The position numbers and the translations under genes are program-made. From Candidatus Krumholzibacteriia bacterium (GTDB lineage: Bacteria > Krumholzibacteriota > Krumholzibacteriia > Krumholzibacteriales > Krumholzibacteriaceae), in assembly GCA_963836185.1 (NCBI GenBank), contig CAWIIQ010000001.1:576001-640000 (forward strand): a stretch of 64,000 nt of DNA, read 5' to 3'. How positions within the stretch are numbered: position 1 is the first letter of the stretch; every line of letters begins with the position of its first letter. Below are positions 60,452-64,000 of this stretch, piece after piece. The notes under the pieces were generated by a model that was not told the DNA's origin, made no database searches, and saw only the letters and a program-made list of their open reading frames with translations.

Positions 60452-60955
60452 ATGGGTATTTCCTTTAACGCCGACGAAGTCTTCGAGATGGGGATGGATA
60501 TCGAGCAGAACGGCGAGGCCTACTATCGCAAGGCAGGCGAACTGACCGAGGATCCCGAGATCAAGAAGATCTTCGAGGAACTGATGACCGCCGAGCAGGC
60601 GCACTACGAGACATTCAAGAAGCTGCGGGAGAATCTTCCCGCGAAGGACACGGCTCCCCTGGTCTCCGACCCCGATGACCAGGGATATCTCTACCTCGAT
60701 GCTCTCGTGAAATCGAGGCTGTTCAACTCTGTCCGCGAGGCGGAGGAAGTCGTCTCGAAGACATCCGGACCGATCGAGGCGCTCCAGGGCGCTCTGACAT
60801 TCGAGAAGGATACGATCCTCTTTTTCACCGAGATGAAAGGGCGGACGAGGGAGGATCTCGGCAAGACCGAGATCGACCGGCTCATCGCGGAGGAGAGGGA
60901 GCATATAATCTGGATCTCCGGCATGATCAAGAAGATCAGGGAACGTGAAGCCTGA
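60452..60955 (+). CDS. Rubrerythrin/ferritin-like diiron protein
   Basis: IEQNG..YY...AEQAH; FEKDTILFF...EEREH. Confidence 0.85.
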   Translation: MGISFNADEVFEMGMDIEQNGEAYYRKAGELTEDPEIKKIFEELMTAEQAHYETFKKLRENLPAKDTAPLVSDPDDQGYLYLDALVKSRLFNSVREAEEVVSKTSGPIEALQGALTFEKDTILFFTEMKGRTREDLGKTEIDRLIAEEREHIIWISGMIKKIREREA

Positions 60956-60985
60956 TCCTGCTCCTGTATCCCGGACTGACCTTTC

Positions 60986-61016
60986 AGGGCGCGCCTCAGC
61001 GGCGCGCCCTTTCTTT
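60986..61016 (+). terminator. Intrinsic terminator
   Basis: AGGGCGCGCC-TCAGC-GGCGCGCCCT-TTCTTT. Confidence 0.75.
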
Positions 61017-61131
61017 ATGCCCCCGAAAAATGTGAACGTTTCTTGCCTGTATCCCACCGCGGAGGTTTCAGCGCCGAAAAGCGCAAGAAATCCGGCCCGT
61101 GGTGCAGAGTATTTTTCCATGCGGGGAGAGT

Positions 61132-62451
61132 ATGGGTACGTCGAGGCAGGGCAGAAGCGATAAAGAGACGAAACTTCTCCATGAGGTCGATCCGGCCAGT
61201 CGCCCGCGTGCCTGGATGATCCGGGGATTCGAAGCGGCATCAAGGCTTTCAAGAGCGCTCGAGACCTCGCGCAATCACCGTGAATCGGTCAGCAGCCTTC
61301 TGCGGATCATCTCCAGTGAAATCGGCATCAAGTGTCACGCTGTCTATCTCGATGAGACGGGCGGCGGCGAACTGAGACTGATGCAGAGCGGAGATGTGCA
61401 GCCGGAGACGCTCCCCCTGACGATAAACGCGGGATCCGCTTTCGCCGAATGGCTCGGCCGGACCTCGTCACCCGAACTAATGGAAGGTTTCTTCAGTTCG
61501 CCCGGCGGTCTGACCGAGAGCGAACTGAACGCCCGGGACGGCTTTGTCCGTGCCGGAACAGGTTCGGCATGCGCGCTGAAGTTCGGAGGCCAGGTCATCG
61601 GTATCTATGTTTTCGATGGAGAAAAGGGAGATGGGAACGGACCCGGTGTCATTCACCCCGCGATATGTATCCTTGCAGGGATCACGGCCGCTTCCATCGC
61701 CAGTCAGCTTATTTCGTCAGATTCGGGCAGGGACGCGGCTGCCCTTGAAAAAGCCCGCGAAAGGGAATTCAGGACTGTGCGGAACGCCGTCCTCGAAAAG
61801 ACGGCTGCTGACCTCGAGACATCACTCGGAGTGCTGAAGAGCGGACTCTGGTCGATCGACCCCGGCGACAGTTCGGTGATGATCGATATGGCGAGGGATG
61901 CCGCCGTCAGTCTCGGCGCCAGGGTAAGGGAACTCGTGGCATTAAGCGCTATCGAGCCGGCCGGCGGGGATGTCGAGATCGAAGAGGTCGACGCGGCCGA
62001 TATCATCGAGGACGTGACCAGGGAGATGATCGCTGATTTCGAGCGAAGGGAACTGACCCTCTCGGTCGATGACCGCTCGGGCGGCAGGAAGCTCCGTATC
62101 GATCCGGGAAAACTTGCCTACGTCGTGCGAAGTGTCATGGAGAATATCCTGCATTCGGCCGAGAGAGGGAGCACAATGGAGATCGTCACGTCTTTGCTCA
62201 CCGAGGGGGCTGATGGATGGGACGGCCCGTGGCTCGTAATCCGTATGAGCGGCGGGACAGGGGCGGAAACAGACGACGCAATAGAGGCGATGCTCGACAG
62301 TCTGGCCTCCGCGCAGGACCACGAGTCAGGGCCGCCCGCGGACTCGGGCCTTACACTCTCGAAATTTATCCTCGAATCACACGGCGGCAGGCTAGATACC
62401 GATGACGATGAGCCGGGCTGCTATTCGGCCTGGCTTCCCCTCGGATATTAA
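61132..62451 (+). CDS. Degenerate GAF-histidine kinase-like protein
   Basis: GAF-like N-terminus; D..KL..V...MENIL; SGLTLSK.I.ESHGG; H-box lacks His. Confidence 0.65.
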   Translation: MGTSRQGRSDKETKLLHEVDPASRPRAWMIRGFEAASRLSRALETSRNHRESVSSLLRIISSEIGIKCHAVYLDETGGGELRLMQSGDVQPETLPLTINAGSAFAEWLGRTSSPELMEGFFSSPGGLTESELNARDGFVRAGTGSACALKFGGQVIGIYVFDGEKGDGNGPGVIHPAICILAGITAASIASQLISSDSGRDAAALEKAREREFRTVRNAVLEKTAADLETSLGVLKSGLWSIDPGDSSVMIDMARDAAVSLGARVRELVALSAIEPAGGDVEIEEVDAADIIEDVTREMIADFERRELTLSVDDRSGGRKLRIDPGKLAYVVRSVMENILHSAERGSTMEIVTSLLTEGADGWDGPWLVIRMSGGTGAETDDAIEAMLDSLASAQDHESGPPADSGLTLSKFILESHGGRLDTDDDEPGCYSAWLPLGY

Positions 62452-62480
62452 AAAAAAGGCGGCTCCGTAAGGAACCGCCC
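62451..62480 (-). terminator. Terminator between convergent genes
   Basis: A-tract then GGCGGCTCC-GTAA-GGAACCGCC (U-tract on minus strand). Confidence 0.6.
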
Positions 62481-62511
62481 CTTGAGATCTATATATTTCC
62501 CTTAAGGAAAC

Positions 62512-63117
62512 TTATTCTTCCTCATCCGTCATGAGAGTCGTCGCCTTGATGATGACCGGCTTTGTGGGTACATCGGCGTAGGCGCCCTTGGTCGTCGTCT
62601 GGACCATTTCTATCTTGTCGATGACCTCGGTGCCTTCGATGACCTTTCCGAAGACACAGTACCCGTATCCAGCCTGGGTCTTGTCCTTGTGGTCGAGGCC
62701 GGTATTATTTACGGTGTTGATGAAGAACTGGCTCGTGGCGCTGTTGACGACATTCGTCCTCGCCATCGCGAGGGTGTACTTCTTGTTCTTCAGCCCGTTA
62801 TCTGCTTCGTTCTTGATCGGGGGAGCGGTCTCCTTCTGGGCCATGTCTGTCGTGAACCCGCCGCCCTGGATCATGAAGCCTTTGATCACCCTGTGGAATA
62901 TCGTCCCGCTGTAGTAACCTTTCTCGACATAGTTGAGAAAGTTAGCCACGGATTCGGGAGCCTTGTCGGGGTAAAGCTCGATCGTGAAGCCGCCTACATT
63001 CGTTTTTACGTAGACATGCGGGTACTTGTTTTCCACGGGCTTCTCCTGTGAGGAAGCCGGGATCGAGGCGGCCAGGATCAATGCCACCGTCAAAAGAGCC
63101 GGTATAAATTTCATCAT
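62512..63117 (-). CDS. Periplasmic cyclophilin-type PPIase
   Basis: Signal peptide; IFHRVIKGFMIQGGG, AMART, SATSQFFIN. Confidence 0.9.
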   Translation of the reverse strand: MMKFIPALLTVALILAASIPASSQEKPVENKYPHVYVKTNVGGFTIELYPDKAPESVANFLNYVEKGYYSGTIFHRVIKGFMIQGGGFTTDMAQKETAPPIKNEADNGLKNKKYTLAMARTNVVNSATSQFFINTVNNTGLDHKDKTQAGYGYCVFGKVIEGTEVIDKIEMVQTTTKGAYADVPTKPVIIKATTLMTDEEE

Positions 63118-63368
63118 CTCGGTGTCACCTCCACAGTTCGAGAGATTCTCATCTGAATAATGGGTAATATATCCTATCCATTACGCCATGTACAGTCAAA
63201 GAAAGGACAAAACCACCCCCTACAGGCGGGAATCCGACACAAAATGACATGTAAAATAAAGAATTATGACGATTTCGGACTTTTTTCTTTCAGCCTTTAC
63301 GATATTTCTGTTAACATCAGGTCGAAGCGGCTGAATTGGCCTTTAAACAATATTCGAGGGGCCTTATC

Positions 63369-64000
63369 ATGAGTCGAAAACTCACTTACGAGCATGTCGA
63401 CGTCTTTACGGACAAGCCTTATGCGGGGAATCAGCTCGCCGTATTCCATACACCGGGCAAACTTACCAAGCCGCAGATGCAGAGTATCGCCCGCGAGATG
63501 AATTTCTCTGAGACCACATTCATCTATCCGACGAAGGCAGCGGGAGTCGACGCGAAGGTGCGTATTTTCACGCCATACGAGGAGGTCCCGTTCGCCGGGC
63601 ACCCGACGCTGGGGACCGCCTATGTCATTCATAAGCGCACCAAGGGGAAGAAATCGCTCCATATGACGTTCGAGCTCGATGCCGGGCTCATCGATGTCGA
63701 TGTTTCGGGGTCGCAGAAGAAGGGGTACACCTTCACGATGACCCAGCCCCTGCCCGAGTTCGGCACAGCGCTGCAGAACAGGGGGCAGGCTGCCAGGGCG
63801 GTCGGCATCGGGCCGTTCGAGGTCGTCGGAGGGGGGGTAGTCTCCAACGGGCTCGATTTTCTCATCGTCGAGGCGAGGGATTCCGAGGTCGTCAGCCGCG
63901 CGCGGCTGAACATGGAAGAGGCCTCCAACGTCACGACGAGACACAAGGTGATCGGGATCTACCTGTTCGCTCGCGTGGAGAGCAGGAAGATCAATGTGCA
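63369..64000 (+). CDS. PhzF-family epimerase/isomerase (runs off window end)
   Basis: Manual translation: VDVFT..PYAGNQLAV...MQSIAREMNFSETTF...VRIFTP..EVPFAGHPTLG. Confidence 0.9.
   Translation, partial: MSRKLTYEHVDVFTDKPYAGNQLAVFHTPGKLTKPQMQSIAREMNFSETTFIYPTKAAGVDAKVRIFTPYEEVPFAGHPTLGTAYVIHKRTKGKKSLHMTFELDAGLIDVDVSGSQKKGYTFTMTQPLPEFGTALQNRGQAARAVGIGPFEVVGGGVVSNGLDFLIVEARDSEVVSRARLNMEEASNVTTRHKVIGIYLFARVESRKINV

Overview
Moderately GC-rich bacterial chromosomal segment with about 60 genes; no rRNA, tRNA, CRISPR array, transposase or integrase was recognised. Exported proteins ending in a WGxIK tail or an FlgD/T9SS-like domain, plus PorV- and PorT-like barrels, suggest an FCB-group lineage such as Ca. 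Krumholzibacteriota (inference). Many genes carry single-base indels, most likely consensus errors; I restored frames by eye. Contents: RhlE helicase with a terminator in its leader; a lower-GC accessory block (~2.6-12.9 kb) with duplicated SGNH lipoproteins and a decayed methyltransferase; three S9 peptidases and an OPT transporter; a PurF lacking Cys1; an SPFH/Zn-ribbon operon; lsrF; nikR; and a PerR-rubrerythrin-rubredoxin locus. The best novelty candidate is an adjacent pair of PanD-fold proteins with reciprocal loss of active-site residues: a stand-alone PanD keeps G24-S25/Y58/N72 but has lost K9/H11, and a PanD domain fused to a CapK/PaaK-like ligase keeps K9/H11/R54 but has lost G24-S25/Y58/N72. 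This suggests an obligate hetero-oligomeric pyruvoyl decarboxylase-ligase. Next are an exported nucleoside-hydrolase/FmdE fusion divergent from a TonB receptor with NikR-like operators between them, and a half-rubrerythrin/PP2C phosphatase fusion.
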